64,000 nt of DNA from Sphagnum compactum (lineage: Eukaryota), in assembly GCA_965153455.1 (NCBI GenBank), contig OZ234494.1, forward strand, positions 1,364,001 through 1,428,000. The letters are read 5' to 3'. The number at the start of each line of letters is the position of its first letter. Position 1 is the stretch's first letter. The translations under genes and the position numbers were made by a program. Positions 39,585 to 52,019 of the stretch are shown here, piece after piece. A model generated the notes under the pieces. It was not told the origin of the DNA, ran no database searches, and worked only from the letters and a program-made list of their open reading frames with translations.

Positions 39585-39975
39585 ACTCGACCATTCCACC
39601 ACGGTAGGTCGACCATTCCAGCAATGAAGCCCGACTATTCCACCACCCCCTCCCTAGTAGAGAAACTCCAGTCGACGATTCCACCAGCCCCCCTTTCCTA
39701 TTGCAGTCTTCTTTTTCGATTCTGCATCAAACGAACGCACTTTACTCTGTTTTAGGATCTGTGCGTGAATATTGCTCTTACTCGACCATTCCAGTACGTT
39801 ACGTCGACCATTCCACCACCCCATTCCCCCGTGAAGAAAACTATAGTTGACGATTCCACTACTCCCCTCCTCCCAATTGCTCTGTTTTAGGGTTTGTTTG
39901 TGAATGTTGCTCTCACTTGACCATTCCAGTACAGTAAGTCCGCCATTCGAGCAATTCAGGTCGACCATTCCACCA

Positions 39976-40010
<35 letters not shown>

Positions 40011-40122
40011 AAAACTCCGGTTGACAATTCCACCAACCCTCTCTCCAATTGGAGAAACTCCAGTCGACAATTCCACCATCCCTCTCGCCCAAGTGGAGAA
40101 ACTCTAGTCAACAATTCCACAT
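39585..40122. repeat. Cluster of more than 10 (g/t)cgac(c/g/a)attcca motifs, probable subterminal repeats of the adjacent hAT element
   Basis: Repeated tcgaccattcca / gacaattccacc immediately 5' of the hAT transposase relic. Confidence 0.7.
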
Positions 40123-40599
40123 TCAGAACATTACATCTCCCTAGTGAATCTATTTGTTGTGTTTCTTTGTTTCTCCATCCATGTCATGTATTATCAAGTC
40201 GGCATTTGCATTGCAAAGAACATGTTAAGTTATGTAGAAACCTTTTCGGTTGTTGTTTGGTGGTTGGTCTCATTGTTGTGGGTTTCTCTTATTGTCACAA
40301 TGGTCATTGCATTCTATGGGAGAGTTCATATGTTATAAGGGTTCAAGCTTTCAAGCTTTATGATATGCATTCAATACATTCCCACGTTGTGATTTCAAAA
40401 CACTTGTTGGGGAAGGGGAAATAAAAGAATTTTATTAACATTATGATGAGCGAGTCCGTGTAGCAAATGGTAGACATCATGGACAAGCCATAGGTCATAG
40501 AAACCATGAATGAAAAACTTGCAGCTATTGAATGCAAAGCGTTTTGGAATGAACAATTTCAAAAGTTATAGAAGAATTAAAAAAATATGGGCTTCACAT

Positions 40600-42350
40600 C
40601 ATCATAGCGCATTTGCATGGGTGTTTTTTAGGCTTAATCATCATAATGTTGTGATTAATATTTAAATTATTCAAAATATGAGATGCAATTTGTGTCACCC
40701 ATGTTCACCTCCTCTAATAATAATTAAACATGATCAAGGAAATGTATTGTTCCCTACAATCCTTTGCACAAGATTAGAAGCATGAAAAAAACACATTGAA
40801 AATGAACATTTTTTCCCCTTTTTTGTTACAAACAAAAAATTTAAGGTGGTCGAAGAATTTGGACATGCTCAACAAAAGGAAAAAATAGGAAGATGATTCT
40901 TCTTACTTCAATCACCAAATTTTATTCTAGCCCTAACCCTTACAAGTTCAATGATTTGGGTCATAACAATTCATAAAGGATTTAGTTTTGTTCATAGGAA
41001 AAGGATACTTGTTAATGTCACTTATTAAAAATTCTTGGTTGTGGCGTTTTATGATTCAGCAATGTGATAGTTCTTACACAATTTCTATCTCACAAGTTCT
41101 TTGTCCAACACATACCCATCATGTTAGTTCATATGATGAAGTGGTATGTGTTCCCAACCATTGCATAATGTGCAATTACCACTAACATTTTTTATTTTTA
41201 GATGTCCAACACATGGTTCAATACATTTATATTTGTGATAAATTTTAGCAATGAAATTAGGTGCCTTGCCATATTAAAATCAATTTGTTTGAAGTTACCA
41301 ACACTTTTGGAGCAACATTGGCTAAGCAAATGAAATCTTTGTTAATTGAGTATCAACTCACCAACAAGTTATAGCTTACTTTAAAGACAAAGCCACAAAC
41401 TTGAACACCCTTGCTATTATTTCAACCTCTGTTGTGTCATGTGCACCTTTATAACTTTTTTCACCTTTTCATGGGACTTGTTTTGGCCATGTGATGTTCA
41501 AGGCATGTCAATATGCCACAAATGATGGTAAAGTTAAGGTTGGAATGAAGGATGTCAATTTGGCTAAATTAGAATATGTTTTAAAAAAACAATTACATGA
41601 ACAAAAAAGTTCAACAAGGGTAAGCAAGAATGGGAATTACCTTACAAGAAGGTTGGTTTAAAAGCACGAAAATTGAAAACATTTGTCAAAATTAAATTTG
41701 CATCCAAGATTGTTTTGTTTCAAAAGATGTTGGATTTTCTTGCAACCATTAACCCTTGTTAAAACTAACAAACTTCCAAGTTGGAAGCTCAAGTGCCCTC
41801 AAGCTCCAATGGGTAATTGCAATGTCATTGAAACCCTAAATCCTATGGTGAAGCAAAACATTTTTAACCAAACCAAGGGGTATTTGTTACTTTATGTTAT
41901 AATGTGCAACAAGTCCTACCCCATTAACCTCCATCGTTGACGATTCCTTATGGAGAGTTGAAGCCCATATCTCTTTGGTGAAATTTAAATTGTCATTGTA
42001 TCATCAAATTGCCATTGTGAATGAAAGTGATCTAAATCACCTTTGCATTGGTGAAAAGATCATGATAAACAATTCTTTGTTATTGCATTCTTTGTAAATG
42101 GCAATTTCTAGGTATTCCAAGATTTCATATTGAAACTATAAGGATTTTTACTATTGTTGGCATATTGACAAGTTTGCAATGGTGTTGATTGGGAGTGTAA
42201 AACTTGGACAAGCTAATGATGATCTTGAAAAACTAACCAAATGATGCAAAGACAAGATGAACTTTTACTTCAAAAGATATAGAATAACTCTTTGTTATTG
42301 AACATGTTTTACTTGATGATTTTGAGGAGGAGCTTGAAGAGGTTAGATAT
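40600..42350 (+). mobile_element. Decayed hAT-superfamily transposase pseudogene (BED finger, catalytic core, hATC dimerisation region)
   Basis: Fragments interrupted by stops and frameshifts. BED finger: SAFAWVFF, MRCNLCH, RSMKKHIENEH. Core: LFEVTNTFGATLAKQMKSLL, IAYFKDKATNLNTLA, FHGTCFGHVMFKACQYATND. C-terminal: FLGIPRFHIETIRIFTIVGILTSL...NLDKLMMILKN. Confidence 0.8.
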
Positions 42351-42399
42351 TTTCATAACCCCTTAAATACCTAAAACCCTCAAATTTTTTGTGTAAATT

Positions 42400-43050
42400 G
42401 GAGCTTTTTTTGGATATCCAATACTTGCAAATGACTATGATTAACATTCACATCTATACATCTCAAAATTTTGTGTAATTCTTTGAATCATCTTGAGCAA
42501 ATACTTACTATAGTTATAGTTTGCAATTATATTTTATATCTAATAATTGTAGGTGACTACATTAAACATTTCAATGTATCTCAAAAAATAATTTTTTTGA
42601 ATCATTAGTTTAAACAAGTATTTGCTTTGTTTTTAGTTTGTAACTTTGTTTGGATATCAAGTGCCTAATGGCTACATTGAACATTTAAATGTTTCTTAGA
42701 AATTTTTTAAAACTTTTTGAATCACCTTGAATAAGGACCTACTTTGTTTACAATTTGTATATTTGTTCGATATCAAAAGTTGCAGATGTGTACATTGAGC
42801 ATTGAAATGTGTTTCAAAAAAAATTATATATATTTTTAATCACCTTGAACAAGTTTTTTATTTATTTATATATGCAATTTAGAAGTGAATGAAGATTTAT
42901 GTGATGGACCTATGAACATTTAAATTGTTGATCATGTCAATTTTTTTGAAAGTTTTGGATTGTCTTGAATAAGTTTAAGTTATGTTTAGATTTTCATGTG
43001 GAGGGATTAGGGATGTGCGAATGAATATGTGACTACATGATAACATTTTA
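42400..43050. repeat. Degenerate ~120-bp tandem repeats 3' of the hAT relic
   Basis: Recurring ggatatc...gactacatt(g)aacattt...tttgaatca(c/t)cttgaa blocks. Confidence 0.55.
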
Positions 43051-44339
43051 ATCGCTAATCATGTTTATGATCATGTGAAAAATGCAATGGGAACATTACT
43101 GGTACCAAAATTATTATATATACTTATTACTATTAAAAATCCATAAGATCTATGTTGATACCATTGCATGATACCCATTCCATATCCTTCAATTATATGT
43201 ACCATACCATATATACCATGTTTTAAAATGTTTTGATGTCATTATACATATGCTATGAAAAATTTGGAAAACCTTATATATTAGTAGCAATTTGGTGGCC
43301 AACATTAGTTTGCACATAAGTATTGAATTGGTTTTATGTTTTTCCTACAACCTAAAAATAACTAAGTTAGGGGTTGTTAATAAATAGGTTAAAAAAAATG
43401 TAATCAAATTAACCATAGTAGTTAGTTAAGGAACTAAAATTCAACAATTTTTTTTCTAACTCATCATCACAAATTTAAAAGGTCAAAAGTGAAAATCATT
43501 AGCTCAACTAGCGGATGCAATAGATTAATAATGAAAATCATGTGAAGTTTGTTCATTCATAGGTTCATACATTTTACATATGAATATCATGCATTGAAAA
43601 CACGTTCGACACATGAATAAATGCATTGACGAATGAACTACAAACTTATGAATGAATGAATGTCACACAAATTTCACATCTTTCTATAAATTTGTGTGCC
43701 AAATGTGTTTTTAGTTCACAAAATTAGTGCATGAAACATATGAATTATGAATGAATGAATTTTGCACAATTTCCATTACTAAATCATGAGATGTTAAGTT
43801 TGTGATGTTACCATCTATTTTTCCTTGTGTGTTGGTGGGTGTTAATTCAACTTAGTTCTGCCCAATTAAGGGAAGTGTTGTTCCATTAGGTGTAGGGTAA
43901 TGCCCAAAAATGAAAGCATTACCCAACATAAAGACATAGCTGAAAAAAAATTCCACCTTGAACAAGCATGATTTCATAAAAAAAATCAAGTTAATTAATG
44001 AAATGATCAACACAAATAAAGGGCATTTGACATAGAAAATCACCAAACACCCAAACTGTGATTTTGGAAATATTACATAAATAATAACTTCAAAACTTTG
44101 AAATCAAAAATTTGATGTTAAATCTATTTTCACTATTTGAATCAAAAGACATTTTTGACAAAGAAAATGCAACCAATATGTAAGGTTTTCCGCAAAACAA
44201 TTGATTAAGATCACTTGAAACCTTTTCTTTAATTTTTTATGAAAAATTGATACCGTATTAAAGTATTAAAAAATAGCAAGTTTAAAGTTTTAAAATTTAC
44301 CCAGTACTTTATTTTATTACATTTAATCATCACTTTAAG

Positions 44340-44662
44340 GAAATTTTATTAAATCTCAGTATGAAATGTTGTAATTCAACATTTAATGCACAAAGTTCAA
44401 GAGTAATTATAATATTTGTATAACTAAAAATAATGAAAATGTATGTAACAATAGTGGAGGCACTTAGGAAAAAGAAAAAAATAGGTTTCCTTTCACCCCT
44501 TATCCCATCTTTCAGTGGTATTTGCAAATATATAAATTTTTTATTAAATATCAATGTGAAATGTTGAAACTGAACATTTAACATACAAGGTTCGAAAATA
44601 ATTATAGTGGTTATACAAGTAGGAACAATGAAAATATTTGTAACAACAATGGAGGTGTTTAA
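44340..44662. repeat. ~130-bp diverged direct duplication (copies at ~44340 and ~44535)
   Basis: ttttattaaat..c..t.tgaaatgttg...aacatttaa...gtaacaa.a.tggagg occurs twice. Confidence 0.7.
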
Positions 44663-47600
44663 AAAAAGATTAGATGAAATTTAGTTTACCACAAAATTGA
44701 TGGTTTTTAAAGTTTCACCCCCTTGAATGTTCATTTGTGAATATCATGTTTGAATACCAACACATTAAAAATGTGTGAGACTCAGCAATTTGAAACTTGG
44801 GTGAAAATATTTTTCTCAAAATTTTGAAATCTGGTTTGGGTCTCTTCAAAAATAATTCAAAAATAAATTTAAAAACCAAGGTGGGTTTTATAAACTCTTT
44901 TGAAACGTTGACCCAATAGGTCCTATAAAAACTTGAGAACTGGCCAACATTGATTTCGACCTCAACATCACACTAAACCTCAATTTTGATAAGTTTTGAT
45001 TGATTGTTATAAATAGTATAACCTACAAGTAATATCATTTTTGGGATGCCCCATATTAACAGGAACCACACTTATTCACTTAAATAATTATTTATTTTGA
45101 AATATACCCAAAATATTTTAAGAATCTTTCATTTGAAAGTTTTAAAAGTCAAATTTGATTCAAAAAGATGTTACAATACATTATATTGTGCTCCTAGGTG
45201 CTTAGGAGCTTGTTGCCGCCTTGACAAGTGTATAGGCCCTTTTTATCTTGCTCGATGTTAGACTAGGAAATTTACAAGCTCATTCCATGCAAGATGGAGA
45301 TTGATGGTTCTACATAGATACCCAAATGATACCTTGGGATCTCCCCCAAAATACATCATGTTTAAAGAATCTCCTTAAAAATAAGGGTCTTTACAACACC
45401 TAATGATTAATTTTTAGTAGTTCATTATCATTAAATTCATTCCAAATCATACCACATGTTTCCATAATATATTAAAAACATTATCATGTAAACAAATTAA
45501 AAACTTGCAACATTAATACAATTTTTGACACAAAAAACATGAAAACTAAGAATTGATTATGCATCATGTAGCGCATGTTAATGTGTACACACTCTTTTAT
45601 TAAATAAGAATATACATTAAGATCAATGTGGTAAAAAGATCAGAATTTCAATTATTGAAAAAATTCATTACATGTCTTTAAACATGGTTTAGAGATTATG
45701 TACAAGTATGCAATTTTATTGAAAACGAACCAATAAGAATAATAATGTATGTTCAAATTGCTTCATATTCTAACCAAAAATAGAAGAAATTATGTTCTAA
45801 ACATGATGGAATAAAACATCAATATTATAAAACACTATATTTTGTGAAACCAATGCTATTATTTTTTTAATTTCATTAAAAAATGCATTAACAAGGATGC
45901 CCATATAATTTTTTCCAATAATTAAGTTGCATTTGACATGTTTGGAAGGAAGTTAGGGAGATGTGGATATTAAAAATAGGATTCTTAAAATGTTTTTAAA
46001 AAGATATCGGCACTCCAAATAAAATACCAAGTCACTTTGGAAGTGTCTTGAAATCTTGCATTCCTTATCATATTATATTTCAACAAGACATTGAAAAAAA
46101 ATCAATTATTTTTTACCAACCATTTTTACACTTATTAGTTGAAGGACTAAACATCTATGTCCACTTTTCATTGTTGAACATTTAAGGAATGTTCATTTTA
46201 CCTTTGGACACATGACACACGACAAGATTGTGTCTTAGTTTTTGTTGTCATACCCCAACCTTGAATGCACCCATTAAGAGGAAACAACATAAAGACAATT
46301 GTGATAAACTTGGATATTTAAACTTAGATTCCATTTCAAGAGCTAGGAATGGATGTTGATCCACATTGTGTCCCATTTCATTTAAAAATTTGTAGGAAAA
46401 AAAAAACAATGAAGCAAAACTCCACACTTTGCCAAAAATGTGTTGTAAATCAAAAGTTTCATATGCTCATCAATGCAAACAACATACCATGAACAAGCAA
46501 GACATCATACTATATATTGAATTAGATAGCAATCTACATCTAAAAACTAGAAACCAAAAAATGCATTTAAAAACATGAAATCACAATACAAAACATGAAG
46601 ATGTAAAAATCTATTGTTAGTAGAATATCGTTACACTACAAACAAAAGAGGGTGATTTTATTATGAACTTTTGATATATAAAAAAATTGAATGATGGCCA
46701 TAAGTCAAATCTTTAGTACAACAAATAATATCCATTGATCCATCACAAATCAACAATGTTGAAAAGTCAAATTCCTGCATGATGGACGGTTTGCATTCAA
46801 CCACAATAATTAAGGATCCATAGCTAACATGAACAATCACAATTGCCACAATCCAATGGCTTGCATGTATTTTATGAGATCAAATGGTCAACTTTTATGG
46901 GTAATTTAAATGATAGAAATTGATTTCAAAACGAATCACACTTTTCACTTTTGAATGATGAAGATTAATTATTTTTCATCAATGAATGATAGGATGTAGC
47001 ATGGAAGGTGTGGACACATTGAATGATAAAAAAATATTCCTACTATTGAATGGTTATGGGCTCATCATCTCCACATTTGAACGATGAAAATTAAATGAAA
47101 ATATTGCACATATTAAGTTCTTCAAAAATATGGTCACAATAGTTTTTTACTAAACAACTATATATTGAATATTTTATTTTGATGGTCACAATCTTGTCTT
47201 TTAGAGGTGAGATACTCCTATTGTTTCAATTCATGGTGTTGATAGTCGAAATTATGTGATTGACATTAACAATATTTTTAGTTTTACATCTAAATGCTTA
47301 AAATTTCACATCAATTATATCATTGTTAGTGAAGGTTTTCTAGCATTTTTAGTAGTTTTTTAATTTTTCCTTATCAATTTAAATTTTCACTATTGAAAAG
47401 GTTAGTTGTTGTATTTTGCATGGGTTTTATTATGTTAGGTTATTGTGACCTCTGCTAACAATCATCAATTTGAGCGATTTGACATTCTGTTATTTGTTAT
47501 TTCTTCTTATTTTCTTGTTTACACTATTTTTTTGAAGCAAAATGTATGTCTAATGTCTTTTAGGAATGATTTTTTTTTTGGTCCAAATGAACAATTCTAT

Positions 47601-49014
47601 CAACTTCTGTTATGGCCATTTTATTTTGTTTTGTATTTGAAATTTGACACAAGTTTTCAATTATTGTCTTTCTATAGAGGATGGTTAGAAGGCTTCTATC
47701 TATCTTTTGATTTGTTTGGTGTTCTTCAAGTGGACGAAATGCAAGGCCTTTGGCTTACTATAATGTCTTTCTAGCTATTTGGAACCCTATTTTTATTTTT
47801 AGTGTTCTTTTTTTTCCCATATAGGTGCTTCATCTTTTGACTCTCTTAGATTTAAATGGTTTTAAGTTTTGTGCATTTGATAAGGATGAATTCAATTCAT
47901 TTCATGAAAAAGAGGCTCATGTTGTTCCATTCATTAATAGTTTGTTTAACTTGTTAATGGATGAAGACCTCATTCCCAAACTACAAAGATGTTTTCTAGT
48001 GGTTTTCTCCACATTTTGTTATTACATATGCGAATCCATTCATGCACAACAAGTTGTTGTTATTATCAATAAGACACATTTTGCATTCATTGAGGTATAT
48101 ATGTGTTCCAAATGCAACAATTTATAACCTAAAATTTTCATATACATATAAAAAAATATTGTACTAACAATTGGTTAGATGACCATCGTTTTGTATAGAT
48201 CTATTTATGGGTTTTAAGCTTTATGGGCATGTAAGCAAGGATAATCTTAATTGTCATGCATTGCGTATGCAATGGAAAACAATGTTTTGCATTTTTGAAA
48301 CCAACATACGCAATTGATTACATCATTGCAATTCTTGTGTTGGGTGTCAACAATAGTTAAAAAATGACATTACATGATAAACATGAATCTATGATTCTAA
48401 CAATTTGTGATAATGTCCCCAATTTAATCATTTTCCCTATGTAATTGTGATTTTTAAAAAATTAATTAATACATGAGGATTTAATCAATGATAATGAAAT
48501 GAAATTAAGAAATTAAAGACAATTCTAAGTTTTCAAAATGACACGTAGGTGTATGTTTGCAATTAAAGACATTACATTGAGATTATTGAAATAAATATTT
48601 TTAATCGATATAATTTTACATGTGAAAATAACTTAAGTTTTAAAGAATATTTAAATTTATTGTTTAAAATAAAAAATAAAAAACACATATTTTGTAAATT
48701 TTAATTTTAAAACATTACAAACTTTGGTGAAATTATAAACATGTGAATTATTACATAATTATATAATTATTTGACAATGAAAAGAAATTCAAATATGCAA
48801 GTTTATGTTTATGCAATGACAATATTTTTGTGAAAAATATAGAAGTCGACATGTTGAAAATCATCATAATTATCATAGGCTATATACATTATAGTAGGTG
48901 ATGGGAAAAAAATATAGTTAATCTTTTTAAATGAATTAATTTTTTCTTTAGAAATAAAATCCTTTTGTCAATGTGGAAAGTGACCCTAGGCTAAGTTAAG
49001 GAGTAGGCAAGCAG

Positions 49015-49302
49015 TAGGACCCTTGTCCTATGCCACCCATTTTGACAATGTCTCCCCACTCGTGGGGCCTTAAACCTTGGGGCCTAGGTCCCCCCATTTT
49101 GAAAATGTCCTTTGCATGTGGGTCCTTACCCTTTTCCAAGCACCCCCCCCAACCCCCCCCTTTTGAAAATGTCCTCCACTTGTGGGGCCTTTTACCCTTA
49201 GTCTAGGTCCCCCCCATATTGAAAATGTCCTCCACATGTGTGATCTTACCCCTTGTCCTAGGGCCCCCCCAATTTGAAAATTTCCTCCACCCATGGGGCC
49301 TT
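49015..49302. repeat. Degenerate GC-rich tandem array, ~55-60-bp unit (cccccattttgaaaatgtcctccacttgtggggcctt), ~5 copies
   Basis: ttgaaaatgtcc-type cores at ~49041, 49099, 49163, 49219 and 49274. Confidence 0.8.
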
Positions 49303-49454
49303 AGTGAGCATGAGGCAAACCCCATGATTAGCCAACACCTATGTAGATCACATAGGTGGTAGGGTCTAGAGTAGTCTTACACCTACTATTTAGGCATGGG
49401 AAGGAGGTACTAATTAGAACCAATGAGACATACCTGGTAACCACCCCTAAGGGT

Positions 49455-49800
49455 CGGACAAGAATTTGCCCCTAGGGTTTTTTTTTCCCATTTTTGGATT
49501 GGACAAGAATTTTTTCCCCTAGGGTTTTTTCCCATTTTTGGATTGGTTAAGAATTTGCCCCTAGGGTTTTTTCCCATTTTTGGATTGGACAAGAATTTTT
49601 TGCCCCTAGGGTTTTCCCATTTTTGGATTGGACAAGAATTTTCCTTCCCTTAGGGTTTTTTCCCATTTTTGTATTGGGCAAGAATTTGCCTCTAGGGTTT
49701 TCCCATTTTTGGATTGGAACAAGAATTTGCCCTTAGGGTTTTCCCATTTTTGGATTGGGCAAAAAAACAATTTCCCTAGGGTTTTCCCATTTTTTGGAGT
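49455..49800. repeat. Tandem array, ~38-45-bp unit ggacaagaatttgcccctagggttttcccatttttggatt, ~8 copies
   Basis: Directly visible repeated units, which vary mainly in homopolymer lengths. Confidence 0.92.
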
Positions 49801-49860
49801 TGGTGATTTTTAGGTCAAGAGTGAAGGGGCGCAGTGGAGAGGGTACCTACTTGATTGAGA

Positions 49861-50113
49861 GTGTGGGTGCCTTTGTACTTACTGCCTGCCGACGTTTTTC
49901 CTTGTGCGGGATTCCATAGCGCGCAAGCCTTTCTTCCCGCTGCTCTGCAAGTGTCGTGTCTGCTTACGATCTGTTGCTCCAGTGAGGTACTTCACGCTCA
50001 TTGCAGGCTAATGAATCTGTCCTGTGTTTGCCGTAGCTTCTGTTGACGCTTTGTTTGTTGCTTTTCAATCTGCTGAGGAAGAAAGAAAGTCTCAGGTAGA
50101 GAAGAAGAAAGGA

Positions 50114-50154
<41 letters not shown>

Positions 50155-50763
50155 AGCTAGCTAGCTACATATTTTGTGTGTTTTTGTTGTGAAGACAGCA
50201 GACGAGACCTCGAGGAGGCGTGTTTTTCTCCTTTTGCAGCTGCGGGGCCTTCTTCTTCTTCTCGCTTCTTCTTGTCGGTATTATTAGGACAGAGTGAAGC
50301 CCGCATTGTTTGAAGTTGCTTTGCTTGTGTGCGTGCTTTTTGTAGTGTCGACGTTTTGTGCGGATTCCATAGCGCGCAAGCTTTTATTCCCGCTGCAAGT
50401 GTCTTGTTTCCCTGCGATCTGTGGCGCCACTGAGGTACTTCTCGCTCATTGCAGGCTCACAAATCCGTTCTGTGTTTTCCGTAGCTTCTGGTGCCGCTCT
50501 GTTTTTTGCTGTTTCAATCCGCTGAGGAAGAAAGAAAGAAGGCCATAGGTAGATAAGAAGTAAAAAGGGGGAGAGACAGAAGATAGACAGACACAGAGGG
50601 AGCTACCTAGCTACATATTTTGTGTGTTTCTGTTGTGCAAGACGGTAGACGAGACCTAGAGGAGCAGTATTTTCCTCCTTTTGCAGCTGCGGGGTTTTCT
50701 TGTTGTTGTTTTCAGAGGTATTAGGACAGATTGAAGCCCTCATTGTTTGAAGTTGCTTTGCTT
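49861..50763 (+). repeat. Tandem segmental duplication (~465 bp + ~437 bp) in the promoter/5' UTR of the SPIRAL1-like gene
   Basis: Both copies share gattccatagcgcgcaagc, tgaggtactt, ccgtagcttctg, tagctacatattttgtgtgttt, ttttgcagctgcgggg and ggtattaggacaga...tgtttgaagttgctttgctt. Confidence 0.9.
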
Positions 50764-51173
50764 CGTTAGCAGAGAGTAGTTGAGGAGCCTCGGAGAAGAG
50801 TGTTTGTTGTTGTTAGTAGTCAGGTGCTTTGTCTTTTTTCTGCTGTAATGAAAAGTCTATCTGAAGGACTCTGCATTCTATTGTTTTGTTTGTTCAGAAG
50901 GATCTTGTTTCATGGTGCTTTGTTGCTGCATTCTAGGGTTTCCATAAAATGAAATAGCATCCTCTTGACCTAGTGTTTTGTGTCAGAGGTTCTGGATAAC
51001 ATCAGTTTGTTGTGATTCTTCAGGCTGTGGTGATGCTGATGGAAAATGTTCATCTTGTGAACTCCCGTACCAAGATCTACTTTGCTTGACCTTTTGTTTT
51101 GGTGCGCTGTGGTTTTTCAGAATCCAAGGCATTTCGTTTTTCCTTTGTCCTTCCTGAAAAGCGAAAATACAAA

Positions 51174-52019
51174 ATGGTGCGGGGTGGAAGCAGTGGAGGA
51201 GGACAAAGCTCATTGGGCTATTTGTTTGGATCGACAGAGACTGCTCAGCCAAAGCCTGTAGGAAGGGCAGCTGCACAGCCTCCACAGCCCACAGTAGCTG
51301 AGCAGCGGCCTGCAGGGCTGGCCAGGAATCCTCCCCCTGAGGAGAAACCTGCCTTGGCTCCTGTCAAAGCCGGGGAGGACAGTGGGACCTCACTTGATAT
51401 GGGAGGACAGAACAAAATGGGAAGAAACTCCAATAACTATCACCGTGCTGATGGCCAGAACACTGGCAACTTCATCACTGTGAGTTTTCCAATCCTACTA
51501 CTTGAGCTCCATGTTAATCTCGATAGTATAATGTGCTCTGCAGCTCTGTCTTTGTCAGCTCAAACACCTGACAATGTTGCTGGTCATAACCTTGCCATCC
51601 TGTCCGCTGTCTGTTTCTGAAGGAAGCCATCTTTTTCTCCCTCAGCAAATCAACCAGCGAAACCTTGTGATTGAAACTGCATTCCCACTCTGGATCTCCA
51701 CATTTGCTCCAGACCTCTCTTATGCAGCGCTTCATTCTTTCCTATTTGCTTGGTTTGAAATGGCCTTATTTATATGCAACAGCACCTATAACATCGGCAG
51801 CTTCTCTTTTGCCTCCCTGGACCTCTCTTTACTAGACTTTGTAAGGAGAAAGCACTTCTATTCCTTGTCTAAGCCAAGTCAATATGAGTCCTGTAAGTAA
51901 ACATGATGTCTCATGACATTTCATGCAATGTTATCTTGGCACAGGATCGGCCAACAACGAAGGTACATGCAGCTCCAGGAGGGGGGTCATCTTTGGGGTA
52001 TCTTTTTGGTGGGAACTAA
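51174..52019 (+). CDS. SPR1: SPIRAL1-like microtubule plus-end protein, 126 aa; exons 51174-51479 and 51945-52019
   Basis: MVRGGSSGGGQSSLGYLFG...NSNNYHRADGQNTGNFIT|DRPTTKVHAAPGGGSSLGYLFGGN*. It has the hallmark N- and C-terminal GGG-SSLGYLFG repeats and a phase-0 GT-AG intron. Confidence 0.95.
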
